A stretch of 32,000 nt of DNA from Candidatus Methanoperedens sp. (GTDB taxonomy: Archaea; Halobacteriota; Methanosarcinia; Methanosarcinales; Methanoperedenaceae): NCBI GenBank assembly GCA_041494705.1, contig JBGQBI010000002.1:180001-212000 (forward strand). The letters run 5' to 3'. Positions 31,809 to 32,000 of this stretch are shown here, piece by piece. A program made the translations under genes and the position numbers. The notes below the pieces were generated by a model, which was not told the DNA's origin, did not search any database, and was given only the letters and a program-made list of their open reading frames with translations. Positions within the stretch are counted from its first letter, which is position 1, and each line of letters opens with the position of its first letter.

Positions 31809-32000
31809 ATGCCACATAAATGTACGCGATGCGAGGGTATTTTCAAGGACGGCGCTGCAATAATACTTAACGGCTGCCCGAAATGCGGCTGGAATAAGTT
31901 CCTGTATGTGAAAGACGCAGATGAACCCCATTCCGAAACCAGAATAAAGGAGGCAGTTCCCCCCGCTGCCTCAAGATTTATCAAAGAGGTTGATGAGATT
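31809..32000 (+). CDS. Zn-ribbon protein (DUF2072-like), truncated at the 3' end by the window edge.
   Basis: My hand translation from ATG 31809 gives MPHKCTRCEGIFKDGAAIILNGCPKCGWNKFLYVKDADEPHSETRIKEAVPPAASRFIKEVDEI, open to the end of the window. The CxxC...CxxC ribbon is at the N-terminus. Confidence 0.6.
   Translation, partial: MPHKCTRCEGIFKDGAAIILNGCPKCGWNKFLYVKDADEPHSETRIKEAVPPAASRFIKEVDEI

Overview
This is an archaeal chromosomal segment, and the gene content points to a methanogen or methanotroph of Methanosarcinales/ANME type (inference only). All product names come from motif recognition by eye, since no searches or alignments could be run. Evidence for the lineage includes a methanogenesis-marker-like gene, a formylmethanofuran dehydrogenase cluster, archaeal LSm-L37e, SepF, ZPR1 and a GTPase/DUF2073/Zn-ribbon module.

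Most of the window is core genome:
- Positions 1-9.7 kb hold moaB, an MFS transporter, a Mut7-C RNase-like protein, a DEAD-box helicase, a nitroreductase, thrC and a MidA-like methyltransferase.
- Positions 11.3-23.8 kb form a co-directional tungsten block: a ModE-like regulator, tupA, fwdE-like, fwdF, fwdA, fwdC, fwdD, fwdB, fdhD, an aldehyde dehydrogenase, moeA, tupB and tupC.
- Positions 25.7-32 kb carry nop2/sun, ZPR1, sepF and a PUA protein on the minus strand, then LSm, L37e, purF, a GTPase, DUF2073 and a Zn-ribbon gene on the plus strand.

Two visibly AT-rich insertions interrupt this core:
- A type II restriction-modification pair at 2579-4598 combines an SPPY beta-class methyltransferase with an unassigned endonuclease candidate.
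- A solitary 589-aa SIR2_2-type protein at 23875-25644 has intact NADase-type motifs and an unassignable C-terminal domain of about 250 aa. This is my best candidate for an undescribed single-gene defence or NAD-depletion system.

Other non-obvious signals:
- A small desulforedoxin-like ORF has a strong SD and ATG but is interrupted by one in-frame TAA.
- A 3 x 60-nt tandem array of hairpins with compensatory stem changes lies inside the GTPase/DUF2073 operon.
- A 63-nt G-U-containing hairpin lies upstream of moaB.
- A 7TM protein is translationally coupled to a Roadblock/LC7 protein.
- A C-terminal relic of a sugar-dehydrogenase-like gene follows thrC.

No tRNA, rRNA, CRISPR array or transposase was seen.
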